Source: Acidimicrobiia bacterium (GTDB lineage Bacteria; Actinomycetota; Acidimicrobiia; Spongiisociales; UBA5794). Taken from it: 64,000 nucleotides of DNA. The stretch spans positions 13,958 through 77,957 of the forward strand of contig JASJAX010000008.1 in the NCBI GenBank assembly GCA_030066755.1, in the 5' to 3' direction. Positions 29,714-39,410 of this stretch are shown in pieces (the stretch's first letter is position 1; the number at the start of each line of letters is the position of its first letter). Under the pieces are notes generated by a model. The model was not told where the DNA came from. It saw only the letters and a program-made list of their open reading frames with translations, and made no database searches. Made by a program: the position numbers and the translations under genes.

Positions 29714-29771
29714 GCGGTGTCTCGAGTCGATCTGCGAGGGTCGTTCACCGGGAAACGATCCGTGACGTCGC

Positions 29772-30968
29772 TCAGATCAGCGCTTCGATCTCACGGGCGA
29801 TCGACTCCCAGGCAGGGCCTGCGACGTCGATCAAGGAGAAGTGGTCCGCTCCGGTGAGTTCGTGGAACACGATGGCGTCGCCCGAGTCGGCGGCCCGGCC
29901 CACGTAGTCCTCGCTCAAGCGGATCGGCACCGACTGGTCACCATCGCCGTGAACGATGAGTTGCCGAACCCCCATGGGGAGGAGTGCCGCAGGGTTGGCG
30001 GAAGCGTACGTGTCGGGATCCTCGTCCGGACCACGGTGAAGGAAGTGTTCTACGGCGTCGTCCCCGATGCCGGCGGAGTATGCCGCAGCGAGGTCGGTCA
30101 CGGGGGCGAGTCCGACGGCTCCGCGTGGCATCACCTGCGGGATTGCTCCGGGAGCGTTTGGGCCGAGGCCGGTGCGTGCCGCCATCCAGAGGGCGAGATG
30201 GCCACCCGCCGAGTGACCAAGGGTGACGACTGCCCCGGTGTCGATGGGGAACGACGCAGCGAGATCCGACAGGAAGTCCACGGCCCGGGCGGCGTCTTCG
30301 AACGTCGCAGGCCAACCGCCGCCGGTGCCGGTGCGGCGGTACTCGATGTTCCAGGTCGCCCAGCCGCGACGTGTCAGATCGACGGCGATTCCGTCCATCA
30401 GGTCCCGCGTCCACACCTCCCGCCAGAACCCGCCGTGCACGATCACGACCAGTGGGAATGGGCCGTCGCCGTCGGGGAGCCGGAGATCGCCGACCTGTTG
30501 GTCCTCGGTGCCGTAGGCGAGCGTTTCGAAGGGCAGCGCCGCGCGCCACACGAGGTGGGCGAGCGCATCCTGATACCCGCGGAGTCCCCGTCCGAAGATC
30601 TGGTGAACGCAGGCCGGTGCCGTTACCGACTGGCGGCGCCAGTCCTCGCGGGCATGGATGTTGGAGATGTGCACTTCCACCGTCGGGAGGTCGATGGCCG
30701 TGATCGCATCGTGGATCGCATACGACGAGTGCGAGAGCGCTCCGGCGTTGACGATCACCCCGTCGACGTGACCCCGAGCCGAGTGGAGCCGATCGATGAT
30801 GGCACCCTCATGATTCGACTGAAAAGTCTCGACTCCGATATCGAGGTCGGCGCCCCACGCAACGACACGATCCTCGAGCTCGCCGAGCGTGGTCGTTCCG
30901 TAGATGGCGGGCTCACGGGTGCCGAGCAGGTTCAGATTCGGTCCGTTGATCATGAGGACGCGCTGCAT
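29772..30968 (-). CDS. aroQ: Fusion protein: N-terminal type II 3-dehydroquinate dehydratase (AroQ) plus C-terminal alpha/beta-hydrolase (esterase/formamidase-like; HGGFW and GHSAGG motifs)
   Basis: MQRVLMINGPNLNLLGTREPAIYG...HISNIHARE matches type II DHQase almost residue for residue. It continues without a stop into an HGG..GHSAGG..HGDGD esterase domain. The remaining upstream part of the track ORF is an antisense shadow. Confidence 0.7.
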   Translation of the reverse strand: MQRVLMINGPNLNLLGTREPAIYGTTTLGELEDRVVAWGADLDIGVETFQSNHEGAIIDRLHSARGHVDGVIVNAGALSHSSYAIHDAITAIDLPTVEVHISNIHAREDWRRQSVTAPACVHQIFGRGLRGYQDALAHLVWRAALPFETLAYGTEDQQVGDLRLPDGDGPFPLVVIVHGGFWREVWTRDLMDGIAVDLTRRGWATWNIEYRRTGTGGGWPATFEDAARAVDFLSDLAASFPIDTGAVVTLGHSAGGHLALWMAARTGLGPNAPGAIPQVMPRGAVGLAPVTDLAAAYSAGIGDDAVEHFLHRGPDEDPDTYASANPAALLPMGVRQLIVHGDGDQSVPIRLSEDYVGRAADSGDAIVFHELTGADHFSLIDVAGPAWESIAREIEALI

Positions 30969-31008
30969 GGTTCCACGGTAATGGGAGCGACGGTGATTGC
31001 GGTGTCGC

Positions 31009-31761
31009 TCAGCCGGCGGGGGAGAGGTGCTCGGCTTCGAGTGATCTGCCGAGAGCCAGCGTCGCCGAATCGAGCGAACCGCGTTCCAGCTGGGCCTCGG
31101 TGGCAAGCGTCTCGAGGACCGCATCCGCCGTTCGTTGCAGGGTGATGGACGGGTCCATGTCCTGGAGGGCTCCTGCGGTGGCTGGATCCCACTCGAGCTC
31201 CAGCGCGTCGTACACCGGGAGCAGGGCATCGCGGATGAGCCTGCCGTCGGAGACCACGATGACCCCGCCGATGTGTGCGGCGCTGCGGGCGAGACGCTGA
31301 CCGACGCCCATGACCTTGCGACCTCCGGCATGAATCGAGTACTCACCAGGGCAGTACTCGCCGGGGAGTTCACCGATGAACGCCGTAATGCCCAGACGCT
31401 CGAAGGAGCGTTGGAGAACGCTCGACAGCAGGCCGAAACGATCGTGGATGCCGCTCCGCGGGTCGTCGGTCGGGATCGACCATGAGAATGCGAGGGTGCC
31501 CTCGTGGAAGACCGCAGCTCGTCCCCCGGCGAGCCGCTCCACAGCGGCGAACCCCATGGATCGAGTTGCGGCAACCGCTGCGGGATACCCGGGGCTGATC
31601 ACGTCGCGCTTCCCGAACGCCATGACTCGTCCCGGGAGATGCAGCCGGAAGGTCTCGCCGAGTTCGCCTTCCGAGACACGCAGGAGCAGGGCGCGTGACA
31701 GTGCAGTGTCGAGACCGGGCGACAGTGGTTCGGAGTCCTGGACAACGGTGATCGTGCGCAT
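31009..31761 (-). CDS. Lipoate-protein ligase / octanoyltransferase family (BPL/LPL catalytic domain) protein
   Basis: BPL_LplA_LipB-like blocks (..AVFHEGTLAFS.., CPGEYSI, GRKVMGVGQR) are present. Confidence 0.6.
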   Translation of the reverse strand: MRTITVVQDSEPLSPGLDTALSRALLLRVSEGELGETFRLHLPGRVMAFGKRDVISPGYPAAVAATRSMGFAAVERLAGGRAAVFHEGTLAFSWSIPTDDPRSGIHDRFGLLSSVLQRSFERLGITAFIGELPGEYCPGEYSIHAGGRKVMGVGQRLARSAAHIGGVIVVSDGRLIRDALLPVYDALELEWDPATAGALQDMDPSITLQRTADAVLETLATEAQLERGSLDSATLALGRSLEAEHLSPAG

Positions 31762-31892
31762 CAGCGGCGGAGCGTACCCCCACAGCGAGGCCAATCCCCC
31801 GAACGGACCGGCGAAGCCATTTGGCTTCGCCGGTCCGCGTCTAACCTCCCGGCGCGGGAACCGTTCAACGACCTGAGAGAGTTCGACACCTC

Positions 31893-32570
31893 ATGAGGCG
31901 TCTCGCCACGATCATCGTGCTCGCACTGCTCGTCGCATCCTGCGGCGAAGGCGGTCTGCTCGACGGGGTCGGTGACCGTGCTCAAGATGCGGTGGTCGGG
32001 TCGCAGGTGGCGACCACCACGACCCTTCCGGACACCGGGAACGGGCTCGTTCTGAGGTTCCGCGAGGCCATCGAAATGGCGTGGTGGAACGATGGGATAC
32101 CGGATCAACGTATTGGCGAGCCTTCGTTCACCCAGGGTGTTGTGTGGGGACGGGCCGAGGCCAGAGTGATCCAGGCGAGCCGTGCTGAGATCGCGGCCGC
32201 ACTTCCGGGGATCCAGTTCCCGCGACTCGTTGCCGAGGACATCGGATGGGCGACGAGCCAGCTCGTGTTCGACGTTGCCTCGGCCCAGCTCGATCCGGGC
32301 ACCTCAGCGCAGTTCGGCCTTTGGGCGACCGAGCCGTACTCGCTCGATCAGAGCGCGGCGGCGGTGCTGCGAGTGGGCCGGCCGGCCGAGAGCGCTCTGC
32401 GGGGCGAGATCATTCCGGAGGTCGTCAGCGACGGGTTGTCGCTCAACTGGGTGGTTGGGGACTACCGCTACGAGCTGTTCTGCCAATCGACGCTGGCAGA
32501 GGAGTACTGCATGCAGATGGCGCGTTCGCTCACCCCGCTCGCCGACCTGGTTCCGGTCGTCGAAGGCTGA
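31893..32570 (+). CDS. Hypothetical lipoprotein
   Basis: Signal peptide with lipobox LLVASC. Confidence 0.6.
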   Translation: MRRLATIIVLALLVASCGEGGLLDGVGDRAQDAVVGSQVATTTTLPDTGNGLVLRFREAIEMAWWNDGIPDQRIGEPSFTQGVVWGRAEARVIQASRAEIAAALPGIQFPRLVAEDIGWATSQLVFDVASAQLDPGTSAQFGLWATEPYSLDQSAAAVLRVGRPAESALRGEIIPEVVSDGLSLNWVVGDYRYELFCQSTLAEEYCMQMARSLTPLADLVPVVEG

Positions 32571-32637
32571 GCCGGCCGTCGTCCAGCTCCCACACGGATC
32601 CTAAGCTCCCCCAGGACCGCCGAGAAGGGACCCCTTC

Positions 32638-34548
32638 GTGTTCAACCAGAGTGGCTGGTGGTCGTACGTGCGCTACGACGAAGACCAGGATCGCCCGACG
32701 ATGGATCGGGCGCTCCTTCGGCGCGTCTTCGGGTATGCCGCCGCGTATCGGGCGCAAATCACGGTCGTCGTCGTCACGATCTTCCTGATCTCGTACCTCA
32801 CGGTGTTGCAGCCCCGGGTCGTGCGATCGCTGATCGACACGGCGATCCCGAACGAGGACCTCCAGCTCGTGACGTGGCTCGGGTTGGCGTTGATCGGAAT
32901 TGCCCTCGGGAACGGCGTCATCGGTGTGCTCCAACGGCGAGCTTCCGCATCGATGGGTGAAGGGATCATCTACGACCTTCGCCGTGAGCTGTTTGGCCAT
33001 CTGCAACGGATGTCCCTTGGCTTCTTCACGGCCACTCGGACCGGCGAGGTCATGAGTCGCCTGAACAACGACGTCGTCGGCGCACAACAAGCGGTGACCG
33101 GCACCTTTGTCACCCTGCTCGCCAACGTGGTGTCCACCGTCATGGTGCTGATCGCGATGGCGCAACTGGAGTGGCGGCTGACCGTGCTGTCGGTCGCCAT
33201 CCTGCCGCTGTTCATCGGCGTGTCGCGCCGCGTGGGCCGCATGCTCCGCCAGGTGCGGCGAGACCAGATGGAGCAGAACGCAGCGATGACCGGGCACATG
33301 CAGGAGACGCTCAACGTCTCCGGTGCGCTGTTGGTGAAACTGTTCGGACGGACCCGGCGCGAGGATGCCCGGTTCGCTGAGCACGCCGGCAAGGTGCGGG
33401 ACCTGGGGGTGCGCCAAGCGACGATCGGCCGCTGGTTCTTCATGGCCCTCGGCGTGATGTCGGCGCTCGGCACCGCCATCGTGTATTGGCTCGGCACGGT
33501 CATGGTGATCAACGGCACGATCACCGTGGGGACGCTGGTGGCGCTGGCGCTCTATCTCGGCTCCCTGTACGGGCCGATGTCGGGGCTCTCCAATGCTCGC
33601 GTCGAGTTGGCTACGTCGTTGGTGTCGTTCGAACGGGTCTTCGAAGTCATCGACATGCCGCGCGACATCACCGATCCGGCCGACCCGGTGCAGGTTTCCG
33701 AGGTGCGCGGCGAGGTGGCGTTCGACGATGTCTGGTTCTCGTACACAGGGAACGGAGCGCAGGGCCTCGAAGCAGTGAAGCGGTACACGTGGCGCGGCGT
33801 CACCGAAGGTCCCGATGCGGGGACGGCCCCGATCGACGACGGCTGGGCCTTGCAGGGGGTTTCGTTCGGGATCGAGCCCGGGGAACTCGTGGCGCTCGTC
33901 GGGCCGAGCGGGGCAGGCAAGACCACGACGACGTATCTCGTGCCTCGCTTGTACGACGTCGGTCGTGGCGCAGTGCGCATCGACGGCGTCGACGTGCGCG
34001 ACCTGACCCTGGAGTCGCTTGCGGGCGCGATCGGAGTCGTGACGCAGGAGAGCTACCTCTTCCATGACACGATCGCCGCCAACCTCCGGTACGCGCGACC
34101 CGACGCAACGGAAGAGGAAATCCGGGCGGCCGCGTCTGCGGCGAACATCGCTGAGCTGATCGAAGGCCTGCCTGAGGCCTACGAGACCGTCGTTGGGGAG
34201 CGCGGCTACCGCCTCTCCGGAGGTGAGAAGCAGCGCATTGCCATCGCTCGCGTCATCCTCAAGGATCCGCGCATCCTCATCCTGGACGAGGCGACCTCCC
34301 ATCTCGACGCTCGATCGGAGTCGTTGATCCAGCAAGCGTTGGAGCGGGTGATGGAGGGCCGGACGTCGCTCGTGATCGCCCATCGGCTGTCCACCGTGTT
34401 GTCCGCCGATCGGATCGTCGTGATCGACCAGGGCACGGTGGTTGAGACCGGCACACACGCAGAGCTCCTCGATCGGGACGGTCTCTACGCAGAGCTCTAC
34501 CGCACGCAGTTTGCGACCGAGCCGGCGGCCATCGGCGACGGCACGTGA
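32638..34548 (+). CDS. ABC transporter permease/ATP-binding protein (exporter type)
   Basis: Six-TM domain with Walker A GPSGAGKTT, signature LSGGEKQR and Walker B ILILDEATSHLD. Confidence 0.85.
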   Translation: MFNQSGWWSYVRYDEDQDRPTMDRALLRRVFGYAAAYRAQITVVVVTIFLISYLTVLQPRVVRSLIDTAIPNEDLQLVTWLGLALIGIALGNGVIGVLQRRASASMGEGIIYDLRRELFGHLQRMSLGFFTATRTGEVMSRLNNDVVGAQQAVTGTFVTLLANVVSTVMVLIAMAQLEWRLTVLSVAILPLFIGVSRRVGRMLRQVRRDQMEQNAAMTGHMQETLNVSGALLVKLFGRTRREDARFAEHAGKVRDLGVRQATIGRWFFMALGVMSALGTAIVYWLGTVMVINGTITVGTLVALALYLGSLYGPMSGLSNARVELATSLVSFERVFEVIDMPRDITDPADPVQVSEVRGEVAFDDVWFSYTGNGAQGLEAVKRYTWRGVTEGPDAGTAPIDDGWALQGVSFGIEPGELVALVGPSGAGKTTTTYLVPRLYDVGRGAVRIDGVDVRDLTLESLAGAIGVVTQESYLFHDTIAANLRYARPDATEEEIRAAASAANIAELIEGLPEAYETVVGERGYRLSGGEKQRIAIARVILKDPRILILDEATSHLDARSESLIQQALERVMEGRTSLVIAHRLSTVLSADRIVVIDQGTVVETGTHAELLDRDGLYAELYRTQFATEPAAIGDGT

Positions 34549-35012
34549 ACGGGCCGCTCCGGCTGCTGGCGCTCGCCTTGCTGATCATGGCGGCCGGGTG
34601 CGCCGAGGACGACGGTGCCGACCGACGAGGGTCCGACGAGTCGACGATGCCGCCTGCGACGGTCGGGCAGGCCGACTCAACGAAGCTGGCCGCTTCGACC
34701 GAAGAATGCGCACACGTCGTCGCAGTCGACGTGAGCGGCGCTGCGTCCGGTTACACCTTCTCCGTGACGGTCTCCTCGACGGAGACGGGGTGGGACAAGT
34801 ACGCCGACGCGTGGGTCGTCAAGGACGTCGACGGCACGGTCTACGGCGAGCGGGTCCTGGCGCATCCCCACGTCGAGGAGCAGCCGTTCACCCGGTCCCT
34901 CAGCGGGGTCGCCGTTCCGGATGACGTCGCTGAAGTCGTCGTCGCGGCACGTGATTCGCTCCTCGGCTTCTGCGGCGACGAGATGACCGTGCAACTCGGA
35001 GGCCGCGGATGA
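34545..35012 (+). CDS. Hypothetical lipoprotein
   Basis: Lipobox LIMAAGC. The start overlaps the ABC gene stop. Confidence 0.55.
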   Translation: MNGPLRLLALALLIMAAGCAEDDGADRRGSDESTMPPATVGQADSTKLAASTEECAHVVAVDVSGAASGYTFSVTVSSTETGWDKYADAWVVKDVDGTVYGERVLAHPHVEEQPFTRSLSGVAVPDDVAEVVVAARDSLLGFCGDEMTVQLGGRG

Positions 35013-35563
35013 GTGCTACCTACCCGGTGTGGGACGGACGGGATTGGGTTGACCTGCCGGTGGCCGAGAGTGGGGGAGAGGCGGTGGTGGTGCCCAACGT
35101 CGCTGCGTTGGTGTATCGAGGCAACGAGCAGCGGGAGATCCTGCTGCAACGGCGAGACAAACCACGGGAGGCCGTTCGCGGTCGTCTCGAGTTGCCGGGA
35201 GGCCGATGGCGAGCCGGGGAGTCTCCCGACGCGGCGTTGGTTCGGGAGGTCGAGGAAGAATCCGGCGTGCGGCTCACCTCCGTCGGCGGTGCGTTCACGC
35301 GACCGAGGCTCGCCGAGCACGTGGCGTTCTCGATTGCGCGACCCCTGGCGGTCGTCAACGGCCTGGAGGGTGCCTATCCGGCACTGCACGTCCTGTTCGA
35401 GTGCCAGGGGGAAGGCGAGCCACGAGCACAGCCCGGCGAGACCACAGATCCGAGATGGTGGAGCCTGGCGGACGCTGAGGCGCACCTGGCTGCGGCTCCC
35501 GACGACTTCGTCTGGCACACACGAGCCATGCTTCACGCTGCGTTCGGCTGGTCCGGCGCCTGA
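35009..35563 (+). CDS. NUDIX hydrolase
   Basis: Nudix box GGRWRAGESPDAALVREVEEESGV. Confidence 0.8.
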   Translation: MSATYPVWDGRDWVDLPVAESGGEAVVVPNVAALVYRGNEQREILLQRRDKPREAVRGRLELPGGRWRAGESPDAALVREVEEESGVRLTSVGGAFTRPRLAEHVAFSIARPLAVVNGLEGAYPALHVLFECQGEGEPRAQPGETTDPRWWSLADAEAHLAAAPDDFVWHTRAMLHAAFGWSGA

Positions 35564-35573
35564 TTGGTTTCCC

Positions 35574-36461
35574 TCAGGCCGAGTCGCGAAGGAACGCAAC
35601 GATGTGGTCCCCGATCAGGTCCCCCTGATCCTCCTGGAGGAAGTGGCCGGCTTCATCGATGCGGATGAGCTCGCGAGCGCCCGGAACACGTTCGACCCAA
35701 CGTTCGCCGACGCGAGGCGAGAAGATCGGATCGGCCGTCCCGAAGATCACCGCCGCCGGCCGGGTCCACTCGGTCAGCGCCTGGCGGACCCGCTGCATCT
35801 CGTCTGCGCCCTCGTCGCCGGGAGCGATGGGGACGATCAGGGGAAACCGGTGCGCTCCCACTTTCGATGCGGCGTCGGGGAACGGCGCCTCGTACGCAGC
35901 GAAGACCTGGGGAGACCACTGTGTGATGGCCGAACGTTGCATGATCATGCCGACGGGCAGATCCGGGTTGGCCTCGACGAACGATCGCCATTGCAGGAAG
36001 GCCGGCGGTGGCGTCGCACCGGAGAAGAGCCCGGTGTTCATGATGACGAGGCGCCCGAATCGATCGGGGTAGTCGACGGCGAGGCGGAGGCCGATCGGTC
36101 CGCCCCAGTCCTGGACGACGGCGCACGCATCGGCGACGTCGAGCCGCTCCAGGAGTTCGGCCATGAAACTCACGTGCCGATCGAAGGTGTAGAAGGCGGG
36201 ATCGGTCGGCGTGTCCGACTTCCCGAAGCCCGGGTAGTCGGGAGCGATGGCCCGGAATCCGCCCGCAACGAGCTTCCGGATGATCTTCCGGTAGAGGAAC
36301 GACCAGGTGGGCTCCCCGTGGAAGAGCACAACGGGCGGCCCGGAGCCTTCGTCGAGGTAGTGGACGTCGACACCCTCGATCGTTTCGTAACGTGCTTCGA
36401 AGTCGAAATCCGGGAGGTCGGCGAACCGGTCCGGGTCGGGCCGGATCGTCTCCCAGCTCAT
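35574..36461 (-). CDS. Haloalkane dehalogenase-like alpha/beta hydrolase (DhlA-type, HLD-I)
   Basis: Strong similarity to DhlA (HGEPTWSFLYRKII.., VVQDWGGPIGLRL, DxGHFxQE). Confidence 0.75.
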   Translation of the reverse strand: MSWETIRPDPDRFADLPDFDFEARYETIEGVDVHYLDEGSGPPVVLFHGEPTWSFLYRKIIRKLVAGGFRAIAPDYPGFGKSDTPTDPAFYTFDRHVSFMAELLERLDVADACAVVQDWGGPIGLRLAVDYPDRFGRLVIMNTGLFSGATPPPAFLQWRSFVEANPDLPVGMIMQRSAITQWSPQVFAAYEAPFPDAASKVGAHRFPLIVPIAPGDEGADEMQRVRQALTEWTRPAAVIFGTADPIFSPRVGERWVERVPGARELIRIDEAGHFLQEDQGDLIGDHIVAFLRDSA

Positions 36462-36973
36462 GCCGGGTCGTCCCCGTTCGAGGATCCACCGTCTTTCATC
36501 GGCGGCGGGAGTACGAGCACCGGGCGGCCGGACTCAGCCATGACCCGTGCTGAGACCGACTCCCAGGCCGACTGGTCGAAGATCTTCCTCGTCGAGCCGA
36601 GTACCACGACATCCGCGTCGACGTCGTCGGCGAGCTGCGAGATCATCGCTGCCGGGTCCTCACCCTCGAGGAAGACCACGTCTGAGCTGATCCCCGCTGC
36701 GCGCAGCGCACTCACGACCGGCTCCGTGATCCGCTTGCCACGCTCCTCGACGTAGCGCGAGATCAGCTCCTCGTCCTCTCGGAGGAGGACGCCGCCATCG
36801 TCGCCATCGTCCAGCGGATGCCACTCCTCGGACCGAAGATGTTCGAGGAACGTGCGGGGCACTTCGATCACGGTCGTGACGGAAACGCGGCCGTTCGATC
36901 CGATCAGTGTCGAGGTGAACTCCACCGCTGGGCCGGGACTGAGGACCCCGGTCGTCGCGATCAGGACGTGCAT
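36458..36973 (-). CDS. Universal stress protein (UspA family)
   Basis: USP ATP-binding motif VVVLGSTRK... The start overlaps the downstream gene. Confidence 0.75.
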   Translation of the reverse strand: MHVLIATTGVLSPGPAVEFTSTLIGSNGRVSVTTVIEVPRTFLEHLRSEEWHPLDDGDDGGVLLREDEELISRYVEERGKRITEPVVSALRAAGISSDVVFLEGEDPAAMISQLADDVDADVVVLGSTRKIFDQSAWESVSARVMAESGRPVLVLPPPMKDGGSSNGDDPA

Positions 36974-37073
36974 GGCGTCATCCTAGATTCGGTCTTGGCC
37001 TTCCCGCCCGGCGAGGCTGGGGATAGCTGGCAGGCCACCGGTAGGGTCGTGATCCCAACCACAGGAGCGCTCG

Positions 37074-37591
37074 TGACCACGCCTGCCCCGGCCCCGGAAA
37101 CCCTGAACAAGGTGCTGTGGAGCATCCCCAATGTCCTGTGCCTCATTGGTTCTCGATCGGGCGACGAATGGAACGGCATGACGCAATCGTGGGTGACCCA
37201 GGTGGCGATGGAACCGGTGTTGGTTGCCGTGTCGATCGATGTCAAGGCTGTGACCAATCGGCTCATCAAGGAGAGCGGGTCCTTCTCGATCAACCTGTGG
37301 GACCGTGCCGACACCCGGCCGTTCGTCAAGTTCTCGAAGCCGGCCACGAAGGAGGGCATGACCCTCAACGGACGCCCGGTCCGAGAGGGTTGGACCGGGG
37401 TTCCGATCTTCGAAGAGGCCGTTGTGTGGATGGAGTGTTCGGTGTGGCAGACCATCGACTGCGGTACGCACGACCTCTTCATCGGCGAGATCATCGATGC
37501 TGCATTCCGTGACGACGTCGAGGATCCCCTCGTGGCCCGGATGGAAGACACCCGGATGAAGTACGGCGGAGTCAAACGCGGAGGACATTGA
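37074..37591 (+). CDS. Flavin reductase-like (FMN-binding split-barrel) protein
   Basis: AGGAGC RBS 6 nt before the GTG. Flavin_Reduct domain pattern (..VLCLIGSRSG..MTQSWVTQVAMEPVLVAVSI..). Confidence 0.65.
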
Positions 37592-37592
37592 G

Positions 37593-37610
37593 CGGCGGCT
37601 AACGCCGCCG
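37593..37610 (+). terminator. GC-rich hairpin (CGGCGGC-uaac-GCCGCCG) 2 nt after the stop codon
   Basis: Direct reading. A 7-bp stem followed by a short T run (gggttt). Confidence 0.5.
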
Positions 37611-37673
37611 GTCGCCCGGGTTTCGGTGCGACGACGGCTCGGACGCGGCAGACCTGCTCTTGTCTTCGCTGAG

Positions 37674-37807
37674 GTCGAGTCTCAAGTCGCAAGTCTCAAG
37701 TCAGGCATCGGGCGGACCTGAGACCTGTGACCTGTGACCTGTGACCTGGGACCTGAGACCTGGGACCTGAGACCTGGGACGAAGAACGACCTGCGACCTG
37801 AGACTCA
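37674..37807. repeat. Heptamer arrays: GTCNCAA-type x4 (left) and GACCTGN x about 12 (right, inverted orientation)
   Basis: They fill the gap between convergent genes. The two arms are imperfect reverse complements. The right arm runs up to, and includes, the minus-strand stop codon. Confidence 0.9.
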
Positions 37808-39007
37808 GTCTTCCACCTCGTAACCGGGGTGGCCGTGGTCGATCCAGCTCTGGAAGGCTTCGTCGTTGGGGACGTCTCGTTCTTGGCGGCGGGCCAGGAT
37901 GAAGCGGTGGTGGAGGAAGTCGCAGTAGGCCTGAACCAGGTCGGCCTCGCCCTCGCGCGTTTCTGCCAATCGCAGCATCAACGGTTCGAAGACGTCGACG
38001 CGCCACCTGATTGCGGCGATCGCTTTGCCGGTAGCGGAGGTGCTGCCGAGCCTGGCCTCGTGATACTGCAGGTCCGACAGGATCTGACGGGCCTGGTTCT
38101 CCGATGCCTCGATGCGGGTGAGCTCGCGGAGACGATTGGAATGGAAGTTCCGTCCGCCCACTGCGATCTTGACGACGACACGGTCGCCACCGGAAGGATC
38201 GGGCGTGAGGTCCACATCCTCTGCGTCGAATCCAAGGTCGTTGAGGCGCCCGATCCGCTCACCGATTCGATACCGCTCATCTGGACCGATGACGATGTCG
38301 TGCTGGAGCTCGGTCCACAGGGCGGCGTAGCGCTCGGCAACGTCTTCACCGAGGTTGAGATCGGCGTCGTCGACTTCGGTGCCTTGGGAGGCCGCGATAT
38401 CGGCCATTCCGCCGGCAACGTTCATGATCATGATTTCGATGTCCTCGCGACGTTGACCCGCGGTCATCGTCTCGTAGAGCCGACTCGTTTCGGCGTCGAT
38501 CATGATCGCCTCGATCTGGTTGGCGTCGTAGCGGTACAACACGTTGGACAGCGAACAGTCGCCCCAGAAGCAGCCGGTGAGATGGAGCTGTACCAGGAGG
38601 CCGGCGAACGCGTCGAGCATCTGATTGCGGCGAGCTCCGAACCCGGAACCCTGGACAAGTTCGCGATACGGGAACGCGTGGTCCACGTACCGGGTGATGA
38701 CGGCACCCGCTCCTTCGATCGACCCGTCGAGCCAGTGCCGATCAACGACGCCGACGGGGCGGGCGACCGGCCGGATCCTCGTGGACAGCCTGCGGAGTGT
38801 TTCGAACTCGTGATAGGCCAGGTCCCGCGGCAATTCCTTGATGGCATAGAGACCTTCGGTGTACGCCACGAACTGCACGGGATGCCGGTGGATGCCCGTC
38901 GGAATCGTGACCAGTCGTTCATGGTCCCAGTCGTCGATCGGGCGGTCCCAGTCCAGATCGAGGAAGTCCGGGTTGCCGGGTCGGATGTGCAGCTTTGGTG
39001 TTCCCAC
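37805..39007 (-). CDS. DUF4032-like domain protein (kinase-like fold), conserved actinobacterial hypothetical
   Basis: About 400 aa of good coding composition. The start was chosen at GTG (VGTPKLHIRPG..); the N-terminal 97 aa of the track ORF is shadow. Family assignment is tentative. Confidence 0.45.
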   Translation of the reverse strand: MGTPKLHIRPGNPDFLDLDWDRPIDDWDHERLVTIPTGIHRHPVQFVAYTEGLYAIKELPRDLAYHEFETLRRLSTRIRPVARPVGVVDRHWLDGSIEGAGAVITRYVDHAFPYRELVQGSGFGARRNQMLDAFAGLLVQLHLTGCFWGDCSLSNVLYRYDANQIEAIMIDAETSRLYETMTAGQRREDIEIMIMNVAGGMADIAASQGTEVDDADLNLGEDVAERYAALWTELQHDIVIGPDERYRIGERIGRLNDLGFDAEDVDLTPDPSGGDRVVVKIAVGGRNFHSNRLRELTRIEASENQARQILSDLQYHEARLGSTSATGKAIAAIRWRVDVFEPLMLRLAETREGEADLVQAYCDFLHHRFILARRQERDVPNDEAFQSWIDHGHPGYEVED

Positions 39008-39077
39008 GTCCGTAAGTCTGGCGCATCCCGGGTCGCAGGGGAGCGATAGCGCGGAGCTGCACCGTATCCTCCCGTTC

Positions 39078-39410
39078 GTGGAGCTTCCCGAACGTATCGA
39101 AGTCGAGGGTGGCGACGAGGTCATCCTCACCTGGGCGGATGGACACGTCGGTCGTCTGTCCGCAGCGGAGCTGCGTGCCGCCTGCCAGTGTGCGTCGTGC
39201 CGTGAGCCGGATGGCATGCGTCGAACAACGGAAGTCTTGGCCGGGGCGGTTCCCGTCACGATCGCCGAAGCCAAACTCGTCGGTGGATATGCGATCAACT
39301 TCGTCTTTGCCCCGGAAGGCCACGGGACTGGGATCTATCCCTTCACCGGGTTGCGGAGCCTCAGCGAAGCGATGCAGGAAGCGGCTGACACCGGGGACAC
39401 CAGTACGTGA
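39078..39410 (+). CDS. DUF971-like small protein (gamma-butyrobetaine hydroxylase N-terminal-like domain)
   Basis: A pattern of about 110 aa, ..ILTWADGHVGRLSAAELRAACQCASC.., typical of DUF971. Confidence 0.5.
   Translation: MELPERIEVEGGDEVILTWADGHVGRLSAAELRAACQCASCREPDGMRRTTEVLAGAVPVTIAEAKLVGGYAINFVFAPEGHGTGIYPFTGLRSLSEAMQEAADTGDTST

Noticed and set aside
29772-31574. Full 600-aa minus-strand ORF as a single gene.
   Set aside because: Only the C-terminal 399 aa (AroQ plus hydrolase) is real. The N-terminal 200 aa is Ser/Arg/Pro-rich and overlaps the genuine lipoate-ligase-family gene in another frame.
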